64,000 nucleotides of DNA from a virus: positions 1 through 64,000 of IMG/VR virus record IMGVR_UViG_3300020442_000013. The stretch is one strand, 5' to 3'. Position numbers and translations under genes: made by a program. The notes under the pieces were generated by a model. It did no database searches. It was not told the DNA's origin and worked only from the letters and a program-made list of their open reading frames with translations. This document shows, piece by piece, positions 36,457 to 46,603 of the stretch (positions are counted from its first letter, which is position 1; every line of letters starts with the position of its first letter).

Positions 36457-38106
36457 TCAATATTTATTTTGGCCTCTGTTACTCCAACTTGAAAAAGAAT
36501 GTACCTTGTGTGATCTGCTTTCTATGTAGTCTGAATTGTTCTGATGTTTTACCACACCCTGACCTGCAACTATGTCACCATCTCGATACCCTAGAGGTTT
36601 CTGTACAGTAACGTCTATGTATTCTCCATAGTTTGTACCAAGGGTCAAGAATGTAACCCATTTACCGTTCTTGCCTCTAAACACCCTACCATTGGCTATT
36701 ACTCCGGCGTAGCTTACATGATCCAACCACTGTTGCTTGACCCCCATGCCTTTGGGGAAACCCTGTGTCCACCAACCTGATTTTACCGTTAGACCCTTGC
36801 GATGACCTTCGCATTGATACACCCAGGGTCTGTATGACCCTTGGCAATGTTTGAGGTTAGCCCTCCAGAAGTCTTCGGGGTTGTGTGCTTTTTGATATGC
36901 CAAGGCCCATATAAGCCTACCTAAGTTTACTGCATGGGCTCTACATAAGCCAAACCCTGACAGTTCTTGTAGTGCGGCCATTGCTTCTGCTTTGCGAGGG
37001 TTGTTTCCTAAACGCTCTACAAACTCAAGTATTTTCTCATCATTCTTTTTTGCAAAAGCTCTTCGATACATGTCAGCTTCATACATGTCTACGCCTATGA
37101 TATTTGATATAATGTCAATAGCATCATCTTCGAATACAATCGAATCCTGTACTACTTCTTTTGACCAGTCTTGGAACATGGCCGCTTTTTGTCTGCCACT
37201 CATTGCAACCGGACGTATCATAGCAGTAGCGAACACACAGTCATATACTGACTTAGGTTTGATTGCTCTAAACAATCTACGCATTGCTGGTGATTCACCT
37301 TGTGTTACTCCTAGCACGTCTCCGCGACTCAACAAGTCGCTGGTGGCTTTGTCTTCTTTGGGATAGTGTCTCAGTTGTGTTACACCATCTATTTCTAGCA
37401 GTTGGCTCAGTCCTCTATTGGCTAGTATATCAACCTTTAGATGTTCTAAGTCTTCTACTTCATATTTGTCTAATAATATTTGATTGTCTTGTGATATTAG
37501 TGATTTTGGTAATTGCCTTGTAAACATTACTATGCCTCCACAATGTTTTGATATTGCTCTTTTCTTACCCATCAGTTTGCCTTCTATACGTTTGGCTTCT
37601 TTAGGGTCTACGCCTACTGAATCGTAGGTAAAGTTACGAGGAAGATTACCTGTGGCTCCAAGTCGCTTGGCAGCTTCTCGGCGGGCTGACTTTTCCTTAT
37701 AGGTCACATAGTTGCTTAACCTTGCCGTCATGCCTGGCCACTTTTTGAATATGCGTTCCATTACTTCTGTTTGACGCCAATGTTCAAAGTCTATATCAAC
37801 ATCGGGCAGGTCGTCCCTCAAAGGGTTCATAAACCGTGCCACAGGTATACTCCACTCTATAGGGTCTACATCTGTAATACCCAATAGGTAGCATACAAGA
37901 CTACTACCAGCAGAGCCTCTAGTCATATGAGTAAGGTCTGTAGTTAAGTCTATGATGTCGCAGATTTGTATGAAGTAATCAGTGAAACGCTGGTTAAGAA
38001 TTAATTCAAATTCTTCTGCCAACCGAGTTTGATATATGTTTCCGGGTGGGATAGGCCTTTTAAATCTATCTAATAGCCTTTGTATGTTTTCTAAATCTGT
38101 TGCCAT
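36457..38106 (-). CDS. dnaE: Family C DNA polymerase (DnaE-like), compact, lacking most of the PHP domain
   Basis: RGSAGSSLVCYLLGIT.VDP, RF.NP.R..LPDVDIDF, SKHCGGIV, KVDIL, IRP, F...RAHA; C-terminal OB-like region. Confidence 0.85.
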   Translation of the reverse strand: MATDLENIQRLLDRFKRPIPPGNIYQTRLAEEFELILNQRFTDYFIQICDIIDLTTDLTHMTRGSAGSSLVCYLLGITDVDPIEWSIPVARFMNPLRDDLPDVDIDFEHWRQTEVMERIFKKWPGMTARLSNYVTYKEKSARREAAKRLGATGNLPRNFTYDSVGVDPKEAKRIEGKLMGKKRAISKHCGGIVMFTRQLPKSLISQDNQILLDKYEVEDLEHLKVDILANRGLSQLLEIDGVTQLRHYPKEDKATSDLLSRGDVLGVTQGESPAMRRLFRAIKPKSVYDCVFATAMIRPVAMSGRQKAAMFQDWSKEVVQDSIVFEDDAIDIISNIIGVDMYEADMYRRAFAKKNDEKILEFVERLGNNPRKAEAMAALQELSGFGLCRAHAVNLGRLIWALAYQKAHNPEDFWRANLKHCQGSYRPWVYQCEGHRKGLTVKSGWWTQGFPKGMGVKQQWLDHVSYAGVIANGRVFRGKNGKWVTFLTLGTNYGEYIDVTVQKPLGYRDGDIVAGQGVVKHQNNSDYIESRSHKVHSFSSWSNRGQNKY

Positions 38107-38193
38107 TTTAGCCTCTTGCGTGTCTTGTTATGCCTAATGCACTCTTGTGCAAGAGTATTTATATTTTGGAAAACACCGACAACAGAAAAAAGA

Positions 38194-38724
38194 TTATAGA
38201 TAATTGACTACTAAGGTTATCCTTCTACCTGATGTTGGTGTTAAATGACAATGTTCTAGGTTGCCATCGAATATAATTGCATCATTGGGTTTAGGTTCAA
38301 AACTTTTCTGATCATCTTTGTACCTAACCATAGTTGCACCGCCTTCAAACATACTCATGTAAACCAGTAGATTAAAGTGAGGAAAACTTAAATCTTTATG
38401 CCAACTTGATTGCTTTAGTTCTCCGTCAAAGGTTGAATTTAAATTTATTCTGTATATTGTGTTTAGTTGGATATTGTTTGCTTGTAGTATTTCTTCTATT
38501 ACTTTGTAACTTAAATCAAACAAAGGACTAGTCACTGAACTATATGATTTCCCAGGCATAGGTCTACTCATAATCATATGACTGTAGTATGGTAATTCTT
38601 TCTCTCTATTTTCTCCTGGAAAGCTCATAGGATCATGATAGTTCCAAGTCATATCAGATTCAAATATTATATTTTGTAGTTGTTGATAATTTTGTGTACA
38701 AGGATTCTTTAATTGTTGTATCAA
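38194..38724 (-). CDS. 2OG-Fe(II) oxygenase-like protein
   Basis: WHKD...LLVY..G.T..FDG..EH...R..L..N. Confidence 0.65.
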   Translation of the reverse strand: MIQQLKNPCTQNYQQLQNIIFESDMTWNYHDPMSFPGENREKELPYYSHMIMSRPMPGKSYSSVTSPLFDLSYKVIEEILQANNIQLNTIYRINLNSTFDGELKQSSWHKDLSFPHFNLLVYMSMFEGGATMVRYKDDQKSFEPKPNDAIIFDGNLEHCHLTPTSGRRITLVVNYL

Positions 38725-40152
38725 CTATTCATCTCCTAGATTATTTAAAAATTGTCTTAGTTTTGTAGAATCTGTTTCAGCCCTTATTTTTCCTACAGTA
38801 TCTCCTTTGCTTGGATCAACATCTTCTTCGTTGGCAGGTTCTGCTGTAGATGATCTTTTCAAGCTATCATAAATTGTTGACTTGCGTTTGTTAAATTCTT
38901 GATAATCATCATCTTCTGCTAAATCTCTAATACGCAAACTGTCTACATCAAATTCAAGATCAACTTTTGCACCTACACCACTAGAACTTCTAGTTTTCAT
39001 TAACTGTATTTGATATCTACCACGTTCACGCATAGCTCTACTTGTAAAGATACCAATCACGTTATCAGCAGTTTGAATCTTACTAAGGCCACCACTAATA
39101 TGCGAATGATCAAATTCTATTTCTTCTACTGCACCTCTATTCAATTGTGCCGCAGTAACAAAGACTGTATTCAACTCCATTGCTAGATTACGTAGTTCTT
39201 CTGATACAAACTTATCTTTAATAAACAAGTTTTCTGCACTTACCCTTGCACCATTAGGCATAAGCAAATCAAGATAATCAATCAATAACACATCAATCTT
39301 GCGTCCTGTTTTAATTTCATATTCTTTGATATAACTTCTTACATCATTAGGAGTCTTACCACTAGGCATATACTTGACTTGGAATGCCCCAGACTTCTTA
39401 CCTATCATTTTTACTTTCATCTCAACATCATCTATTGATTTGAAAATATCACGAGTTGGAATATCTGTAACCATACTATCAACACGCATACTAACCAAGT
39501 TCTCAGAAAGTTCAAGAGTTAAGTATAAAACGTTCATACCTGCTAGTGCCCAGTTAACTCCTAAGTTTGCTAAGAACAAACTCTTACCTGCACCAGAACC
39601 ACCTGCAAATATATTCAGTTCTCCTCTATTGAAACCACCGAATAGTTTTTTATCTAAACTTGCCCAGCCAGTTGTAACCTGTCCGTTATTATCTTTAATT
39701 GCTGTTAGTCTAGCCTTAGGATCTTTCCAATAGTCTGTGCCTAAGTCTTTTTGCAATCCAATTTGTACTGCCTTCTTTACCAAGTCTTCTACTGGACCAT
39801 ACTCTCCCTTTTCAAGCAAGTCTGCACCTTTCAGTATCGCCGATTCTAGTGCTTTGTGTCTACTAAAAGTTTCAAACTCTGCTAGTAGCCAATCATAATG
39901 ATTTTCTGCTAACTCACCAGGATGTTTTAGATCTGCTTTGGTTGCGGCATTGATTATATCAAAAGTAGGAAGTGCGTTATGTTCACTTACGTAGTCATTT
40001 AAAAATTTTGCTGTTTCTTGTAGACGTCTATCAAACGCTCTATGATCAAATACACTTTGACATCTTACAAATGTTTCAGCATCAGTAAGCATCATTTCTA
40101 GATATACTTTTTGTATATCATATCCATAATCTGTATTTTGTCTAGTTGCCAT
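38725..40152 (-). CDS. Replicative DnaB/gp41-like helicase
   Basis: GGSGAGKS, LELSE, IDYLDL, TAAQLNR, KTR. Confidence 0.9.
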   Translation of the reverse strand: MATRQNTDYGYDIQKVYLEMMLTDAETFVRCQSVFDHRAFDRRLQETAKFLNDYVSEHNALPTFDIINAATKADLKHPGELAENHYDWLLAEFETFSRHKALESAILKGADLLEKGEYGPVEDLVKKAVQIGLQKDLGTDYWKDPKARLTAIKDNNGQVTTGWASLDKKLFGGFNRGELNIFAGGSGAGKSLFLANLGVNWALAGMNVLYLTLELSENLVSMRVDSMVTDIPTRDIFKSIDDVEMKVKMIGKKSGAFQVKYMPSGKTPNDVRSYIKEYEIKTGRKIDVLLIDYLDLLMPNGARVSAENLFIKDKFVSEELRNLAMELNTVFVTAAQLNRGAVEEIEFDHSHISGGLSKIQTADNVIGIFTSRAMRERGRYQIQLMKTRSSSGVGAKVDLEFDVDSLRIRDLAEDDDYQEFNKRKSTIYDSLKRSSTAEPANEEDVDPSKGDTVGKIRAETDSTKLRQFLNNLGDE

Positions 40153-40281
40153 TAAGTACCTTTTCTAATTCTTTTAATATATCTATATATTGATATACCA
40201 CCCTCTTCTTCTCCTCATCTGAAACATTGCTATAAACAACTTCCATCATTTTAGGAAATTCTTCTGTAAGTCTTTTGTTTA

Positions 40282-41253
40282 TTATAGCTTCTGATACCAT
40301 CGTTTGTCAAGTTCTATTTTGGTTTTTGTTTGTGCTAGTACAGCACCTATACAGCTACCAGGATCGCCTGGATTTGGTGGTACCCAACAGTTTTCCCATT
40401 CTTTTGCCACTAGCCCTATTGCTTCTTTGTTTAAGGCGCCGCCTCCTGCGAAAGCCACAGCCTTACCATGATTTGTTTTCCAGTGGGCATAGTTGCTTAA
40501 TATCTTTACACAATAATTAAATACTGCTTGTGTAGCGGCAGCAATATCATACATGTCTTGTTTTGAAGTAAGTTCAGGTCTCCACCACATGCAACCTCTA
40601 TGTAAGTTTTCACGCATGCGTATAGAGGGTTTATGTGCATCTTGATTTACCTTTATAATTTCTTGTAGCATGGTATGCATAAGTTTAATACCATCACCTT
40701 TCTTTGCCCATTCAGAGACAAGATACTCATCTCGTTGTGGCACTAATCCTATACGTTGTGTCATAGCACTATAAAAAAGTCCTAGGCTATGTGGATATCC
40801 TTGACTGTGAATCTTTTTTAATTTATTATCTTTTCCATGCCATATTGTAAGAGTTTCAAATTCACCTATACTATCTAAACATATTACTGCACAGTCATCA
40901 TGTGGCTGTGTGTAGTATGCATATGCGGCATGACTTAGATGATGTTTTGTATAGCTTACAGGCACATCTAAATCCCAACGTTTCAAGTAATTAGGAATAT
41001 TATTTTCTTTCAACAACCATCCTTGTCCGGCTCTCCATTGGCGAAGTGTTTTTAAGAAAGGCTTTTCATACCATTGTATAGACCAAGGCGGACCAAAACT
41101 TTGTTTTGCAACTTCTATCTGTGTCCAGTTAAAGTCTGGATCATTTGGAACTTTTGAAAAGTCTTTTGCTAGACTTGCCCATAAAAGTTTATCATCATCA
41201 AATACAGCAAGACTTGCATCATGGCTATTACCAACCATTCCCCATTGTATCAT
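40282..41253 (-). CDS. Carbamoyltransferase N-terminal (Kae1-like, NodU/CmcH family) domain only
   Basis: HDASLA, HHLSHAA.AYY, D.IGE.ET, HSLGLFYSA.T, AGG.ALN, PGD.G..IGA. Confidence 0.8.
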   Translation of the reverse strand: MIQWGMVGNSHDASLAVFDDDKLLWASLAKDFSKVPNDPDFNWTQIEVAKQSFGPPWSIQWYEKPFLKTLRQWRAGQGWLLKENNIPNYLKRWDLDVPVSYTKHHLSHAAYAYYTQPHDDCAVICLDSIGEFETLTIWHGKDNKLKKIHSQGYPHSLGLFYSAMTQRIGLVPQRDEYLVSEWAKKGDGIKLMHTMLQEIIKVNQDAHKPSIRMRENLHRGCMWWRPELTSKQDMYDIAAATQAVFNYCVKILSNYAHWKTNHGKAVAFAGGGALNKEAIGLVAKEWENCWVPPNPGDPGSCIGAVLAQTKTKIELDKRWYQKL

Positions 41254-41909
41254 ACTACTTCCTCCATAGCCCATTGTCTTTCTTTACACCACCAACATTC
41301 ACCACAAGGTACAGTAAAGTTTTGTGTTGATTCTATGGTGCCCTCACAACTCCAAGTCTTTTCAAACAAAGACATAATATCTAATTTTTTATACTGCTTC
41401 ATTATTGTTCTTTTGTCGTTTTGTGCAAACGGTCTGAATACTGGTACTAGTAACCATTCGTCTTCAATTTTTAAAGGCATAGGCTTATCTCTACGTTTGT
41501 CTCTGCCTTCATCTAATATTCCTTTTGGTGGATTCATCGTAACACCATTAAGCATAAGATCTAAATTATATTTCTTAGCAACATTGTGTAACATACTTTT
41601 TCTATATATTACATTTGGATCAGTACCAGCTTGTTCACCCCTCTTACGCTGACGTTTAAAAATATGATCTTTAATACTTTTTGTGCCTGTAAGTCTTATT
41701 ACCTCTTGCACTACATCTTTTGCATATTGTTCATTAAAATTATTTTCTGTGTTTAATGATCCGGTTATAACATATATGTCAGCTTCATTTATACACTTGA
41801 CTAAATTATAAAGCAATAGAGCACTATCTGCTCCACCACTAACTTGTACACCAACACGTTTTACGTTTGGAAAAATTGTCCATAAGTCTGCGTCTAGATA
41901 ATTTTCCAT
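41250..41909 (-). CDS. PP-loop ATPase, QueC-like
   Basis: SGGADS; P....K; TWSC...CGECWWCKER zinc motif. Confidence 0.7.
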   Translation of the reverse strand: MENYLDADLWTIFPNVKRVGVQVSGGADSALLLYNLVKCINEADIYVITGSLNTENNFNEQYAKDVVQEVIRLTGTKSIKDHIFKRQRKRGEQAGTDPNVIYRKSMLHNVAKKYNLDLMLNGVTMNPPKGILDEGRDKRRDKPMPLKIEDEWLLVPVFRPFAQNDKRTIMKQYKKLDIMSLFEKTWSCEGTIESTQNFTVPCGECWWCKERQWAMEEVV

Positions 41910-41917
41910 AGCATAAT

Positions 41918-42160
41918 CTAAGATTTAAATTTTTTCCATAATTTATGCAACACATAAAACCATACTGAGTTTATTGCAGGCTCTACGATTGCTACTGCCC
42001 CTGCTTCCCAAATACTTGCACCTGTAATAGCACTTACAACACACATAGCAATTAGTATGTGTCCTATAAAAAATATAATTGCTAGTGCTAGACTTTCATC
42101 CATTTTGTGTTTTACAGCATTAACTATACCTTTTGTAAATTCAGTCATCAATTGAACCAC
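41918..42160 (-). CDS. DUF2061-like membrane protein
   Basis: GHILIA...ITGA....AG..A.VEP.IN.VWFY.LH.LW. Confidence 0.6.
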   Translation of the reverse strand: MVQLMTEFTKGIVNAVKHKMDESLALAIIFFIGHILIAMCVVSAITGASIWEAGAVAIVEPAINSVWFYVLHKLWKKFKS

Positions 42161-42299
42161 TCTCCTTTCTATTTGTAGATATAAGGATCTTTTTTCTTCA
42201 TAGCCTTAATCTTTTTTTGATATTCTCTTTCTTCCTTCCAGTCATCATATCTTGCGATCCAATACTTGATAGGAAAGGTTACCATATCTATTATAGCTT

Positions 42300-43280
42300 T
42301 TAACCAAACCATTTTTTCTCCTTTAGTCTTATTTTTAAAGGACTTGTTTCTACAGCACTAACAATTTTATGTAGTGCATATAGACGTCCGTGTTTGTTAA
42401 CTGCTTCACCTATGTCGTTTATATTTTCACCCCAGTCGGGCATAGAAACTCCCCAACCTAAATCAATTGCTTCTTGAATTAATTTAGATCCTGCCTCATC
42501 TCTATCAGGTACGACAATAACATCTTTATTTAATCTGTTTATAAGCATCGCTTGTTGATCTTTGATTTCGCTTCCTAACAACGCAACTCCTTCTATGTGT
42601 ATTGCATCTAATGGACCTTCGCATACAATAGTAAAAACTTTGTTAGGACTTTGTTCATCTAAATTGAATACGTAACCTGGTTGTTGTTCTGACAAGTACT
42701 TAGGTTTCTTATCATTTAATACTGTTCTCGCAGTCCACCCAACAATACGTTTTTCAAAATAAAATGGAATAATCAATCTATCTCTATAGCCTAAGTTAGA
42801 TGACCAAAAATATTTTGTATCATCTAAGTTTAGATTTCTTGTAGCCATATAATTTAATACAGCCATACTATGTTTGTCAAAATCTTTTATACTTGAAATT
42901 TCAATAGAGTTATCAGGTAAGTCTACAGTATTAAACTTCGGTAGATCAACAATTTGTTTTTTAATCTGTACACCTTCATTTTCTTGCATGACTTGTAGTG
43001 CAAGTTTATTAATTACATCATCTGGTGCATTTAACCATTTCAACAAGTTTCTAAATTTGTAAGATATATTACGTCCTGGCTGCCAGCTGGCCTTGAATCC
43101 GCAATTGAAACAATGATAACTTAGAGCATCACCTTCTTGTATGATGCCGCCTCGTTGTCTTGTATCAACGGATTGGCCATTATGCTGACAACACGGAGCA
43201 TTGAAGGAGATCCAACCGCTAGGCGTTTTTTTACGCTTAGGCGGAAGATATGTCAGAACTGTCTCGGCTACAATACTCAT
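42300..43280 (-). CDS. DNA primase (zinc finger plus TOPRIM)
   Basis: N-terminal C..HCFNCG; RLIIP; GWTAR; CEGPLDA; PDRD.AG; D.GE. Confidence 0.88.
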   Translation of the reverse strand: MSIVAETVLTYLPPKRKKTPSGWISFNAPCCQHNGQSVDTRQRGGIIQEGDALSYHCFNCGFKASWQPGRNISYKFRNLLKWLNAPDDVINKLALQVMQENEGVQIKKQIVDLPKFNTVDLPDNSIEISSIKDFDKHSMAVLNYMATRNLNLDDTKYFWSSNLGYRDRLIIPFYFEKRIVGWTARTVLNDKKPKYLSEQQPGYVFNLDEQSPNKVFTIVCEGPLDAIHIEGVALLGSEIKDQQAMLINRLNKDVIVVPDRDEAGSKLIQEAIDLGWGVSMPDWGENINDIGEAVNKHGRLYALHKIVSAVETSPLKIRLKEKKWFG

Positions 43281-43315
43281 AGTGTTATTATAGCGCCTTA
43301 AATGGCAAAAGTCAA

Positions 43316-44107
43316 CTAGTTTCTAACAAGTATTTTTGAAATTTTATTGGTTGGTGACGCTGTAGTTTTAAATCTAATATAACTGTATACACCATTAAAG
43401 TTTACAGGAATTGGTGTAGTTTCTGTACCTGTGAATGTTACAGTAGCAATGTCTCCCCAATGTGTAGATTCTGTTACTACCGAATCCAAAGTAGCTTGAA
43501 CTACAACATCTCCAATATATGTATCTGTATATATAGCGGCTGTATGTAGTGCTTCATTTCCGTTTATTGCCGGCTCAGCTGATCTTGATTCACTGAAAAA
43601 TATTTCACTCTCTTCATCGTTTTGTTGAAATTGTGTAAAACTATATGAATCTCTTGGTCCAGGCATAGCATCAGATATTACTTTAATAGTACCAGAATTT
43701 CCAAAGAAGCTATCTGAGTATGTTATTGTTTTATCACTATTAGAATCTACTAGGTGTATGTTATATCTTAGATACTGATCTTTTACATTAAGTAAATCGT
43801 TTTCTGTAATGGTGACTGTACATAGTCCTCTTGTAGCGGCACTATCATCTCCTGTTACAGCAGTAGCATCGTGTTCAATTATTAAACTTTTGTTCTCATC
43901 AAATGCTGTAAATTTTACAGTATAACCACTTATTGATAATGGTTTTTGATCTGCATTTAAAATTCTAAATTGTAATTTGTTATCTATATTCTTATATATT
44001 TTTATTTGTCTTTGGTACACTGGTCTATACTCCGTTATGAATCCTGAGTCATTAGCGACAATTTGGATTCTGTTATTGACTAAATATCTAGGTATTAGCT
44101 GCGACAT
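43316..44107 (-). CDS. Hypothetical, probably structural beta-rich protein
   Basis: TAAATA late box immediately upstream (about 44112-44118). Confidence 0.55.
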   Translation of the reverse strand: MSQLIPRYLVNNRIQIVANDSGFITEYRPVYQRQIKIYKNIDNKLQFRILNADQKPLSISGYTVKFTAFDENKSLIIEHDATAVTGDDSAATRGLCTVTITENDLLNVKDQYLRYNIHLVDSNSDKTITYSDSFFGNSGTIKVISDAMPGPRDSYSFTQFQQNDEESEIFFSESRSAEPAINGNEALHTAAIYTDTYIGDVVVQATLDSVVTESTHWGDIATVTFTGTETTPIPVNFNGVYSYIRFKTTASPTNKISKILVRN

Positions 44108-44136
44108 GCTAGTATTTATCGGATAAAAAATTAATA

Positions 44137-44508
44137 ATGCTACTAAAAAATATAGAGAATGACTTCCCGTTTATAAGTGTAGCTACATATGGTGGTATAG
44201 AATATGTAGGTATAATTGTAAATCAAGATCAATACGTCACTACAATGTACGTATATAATGATCTTATAGATGACAAACACAAAAAACAATTTTTAGAATT
44301 AGGAGATATATGGTGGTGGGAATCAAACAGAATGATTCCGATCAATATATTCCTTAGAGCTGAGATGGAAAAGTTTCAGTACGCTTTGATGTCAATGAAT
44401 TCTAAAGATGTTAAAATTACTATAGGACCTGTTGTAAACTTAGGTAATTTATCTGTGAAGAGAATTAAGCGTAAATCTGTGCAATTAGTTAGGCGCCAGA
44501 AGAAGTAA
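44137..44508 (+). CDS. Conserved jumbo-phage protein
   Basis: FPF.S..Y.GII.N, FLELG..WWWESNR.IPINIFL. Confidence 0.7.
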   Translation: MLLKNIENDFPFISVATYGGIEYVGIIVNQDQYVTTMYVYNDLIDDKHKKQFLELGDIWWWESNRMIPINIFLRAEMEKFQYALMSMNSKDVKITIGPVVNLGNLSVKRIKRKSVQLVRRQKK

Positions 44509-44724
44509 CGTATTTTATATACCTGTAGTATATATAATCAAATAAAATAGTATTAAAAAGCAAACCAATTGCTGTAATCTGAAAACCGATCAAAAACGGT
44601 AAAAGCCAAAGCCAAAGAAACATTTTCACCAAATAATCTGTAACAAAGATTTTGGGCACTATATATGTTCGCCAAGGTCCTAGTTCTGGTTTTTTATTTG
44701 GTCTATAATCTTCAAATTCCCAAT

Positions 44725-45408
44725 TCATCTATTCTCCCACTCTTGTTTATCTAATATAATATACCAAGCTCGATACGGCTTGGCCATTGAGTTATTTCTT
44801 AATCTATCTTTGCCGGATCTATTTTTTTCAGGCCACCACAAAAAAGGTTGAACACTCTCTGGAAATACTTTTTTATTTGCTATACTACCCCAATTTGTTT
44901 TCCAAAATAGTCTACTTGTATATTTAAAAATCTCATTTATAAAATATTCATAGTCAAATAATTCGTCTGGATATTTGTTCTCGTAACCACCTGGTAGTTC
45001 TTCTCTATCAAAAACTGATCTTGTAATTGTAATCATATCATAATTTTTTGGTAATACAATAGGTTTTTTATTTTTTATTTCTAACAAGTGTCGAGGTGTT
45101 TTCATTTTTGCAAACATTTGTTGGTACAAACCACCGTCGAATGTTGATTTTACATCAGTTGCTTCTACTTCTATATCGTACCAATAATTTAAAAGCACAC
45201 CTAATAATCCTACACCTGCACCTATATCACATACAGTTTTAACATTCTCTATATCCATATGTTGTATGCAAAATTGTTTTTCATTATAGTAGTTCCAAAA
45301 GTTTTTGGAATACTTATAACCTTCTTCGTAGATAGTTTTGCCTGTTTCGTCTCTTTCTGATTTTACTTCAAGCTCGTCTAAAAATTTTCTAAACTTTTCT
45401 ATGTTCAT
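44725..45408 (-). CDS. Class I SAM-dependent methyltransferase-like protein
   Basis: VCDIGAGVG motif I. Confidence 0.65.
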   Translation of the reverse strand: MNIEKFRKFLDELEVKSERDETGKTIYEEGYKYSKNFWNYYNEKQFCIQHMDIENVKTVCDIGAGVGLLGVLLNYWYDIEVEATDVKSTFDGGLYQQMFAKMKTPRHLLEIKNKKPIVLPKNYDMITITRSVFDREELPGGYENKYPDELFDYEYFINEIFKYTSRLFWKTNWGSIANKKVFPESVQPFLWWPEKNRSGKDRLRNNSMAKPYRAWYIILDKQEWENR

Positions 45409-45961
45409 CTAATTGCTCGCATAGTAAATTCATATGAACAACACATGACATGGCGTAGGCTACTGCATGTGCTTTCTTAAAATAATATTCACCGTCTTTT
45501 GGTTTTGTCCAAACAGTTTTCATTATCGTTGGCCACGGCTGACTTGCTAGATGTCTCTTTGCTGGTCTTATTATTGCTAGTGTCGCCGCCAATTGTTCTA
45601 CCGAGGTAGGTTTCAAGCGTTTCAAGAGATCGCTGTGACCGCTTAGATGAAATACTTGATCTACGAAGTCTTTGTGCTCCAAAAGTTCCCATATTGGTTT
45701 CCTTTCCATTAATGTCTGTAAGTGGGCTTCGTCTTTAATGTCTTTGTATATGCTGACATTAAGAAAGTCTAACTTAAAGTATCCGCGATCTTCTGCGTCT
45801 TTATAGTCAATTGTCGATAAATTATCTACGGGATTGTGTGGAATTTCTGTTACATAAACACCCGTATTGTGTTTTTTGTTTGTATCTAATTTTGCTATTC
45901 TATGATCTATCAAAGAAAGAATTTGTTCTCTATCTGCAAAGTCTATATCTATATCAGGCAT
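45389..45961 (-). CDS. Minimal family C polymerase catalytic fragment (split DnaE)
   Basis: MPDIDIDF, HNTGVY, GYFKLDFL, LA.IRP, FKKAHAVAYA within 190 aa. Confidence 0.8.
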   Translation of the reverse strand: MPDIDIDFADREQILSLIDHRIAKLDTNKKHNTGVYVTEIPHNPVDNLSTIDYKDAEDRGYFKLDFLNVSIYKDIKDEAHLQTLMERKPIWELLEHKDFVDQVFHLSGHSDLLKRLKPTSVEQLAATLAIIRPAKRHLASQPWPTIMKTVWTKPKDGEYYFKKAHAVAYAMSCVVHMNLLCEQLDEHRKV

Positions 45962-46111
45962 TTATTTTTTCCTTGCATTTCTTTCCGTGTTCTTTATTAT
46001 AATCATATTCACTAACTTGTTTTTTGCATATTTCACAGGTATGATCTTTCCATTCCTTGCGTCTTCTTTTTAATTCAGCCCAATATTTAGGATGTCTAAA
46101 TTCATGCGCCA

Positions 46112-46603
46112 TTATTTTCTTTCAAGTTTTTTTGCTTTCTTCTTAGCCATATCCCATTTTAATTTTGATACTCTATCTTTAAATGTTATGCCTTGCAAAT
46201 GATCCCACTCGTGTAAAAAACATTTTGCTGAGTATCCTGATATCTTAGTACTTACCTCTTTCAAATTTTCATCGTACCATTTTGCGAGTATTTCTTTTGG
46301 TCTAGTTACTTTTACAAATACATTAGGAAAACTTAGACAGCCTTCAATGTCTTGTGTTGTTTCTTCGGTGTGTTGTAATACAACTGGATTAATTACAAGT
46401 ATAGCATTTTCTTTTGTGTCACCCATTACAAATACTTGTGCATCCATACCTATCTGACTTGCACTTAAACCTATGCCGTGATTTTCAAGCATAAAGTTTG
46501 TCATATTTTCTTTTAATTCTTTAGGATCAAAAGATGGATTCTTGATATCTACATCTTTTAATTTTTTTTCTAAAAACTCATCCGGGTGATATATTAGTTT
46601 CAT
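46112..46603 (-). CDS. def: Peptide deformylase
   Basis: GIGLSASQIG, EGCLS, HEWDHLQG. Confidence 0.93.
   Translation of the reverse strand: MKLIYHPDEFLEKKLKDVDIKNPSFDPKELKENMTNFMLENHGIGLSASQIGMDAQVFVMGDTKENAILVINPVVLQHTEETTQDIEGCLSFPNVFVKVTRPKEILAKWYDENLKEVSTKISGYSAKCFLHEWDHLQGITFKDRVSKLKWDMAKKKAKKLERK

Noticed and set aside
36457-45961. The two DnaE-like genes as intein- or intron-split halves of one polymerase
   Set aside because: Both contain the same catalytic motifs, and no intein termini or homing endonuclease are visible.
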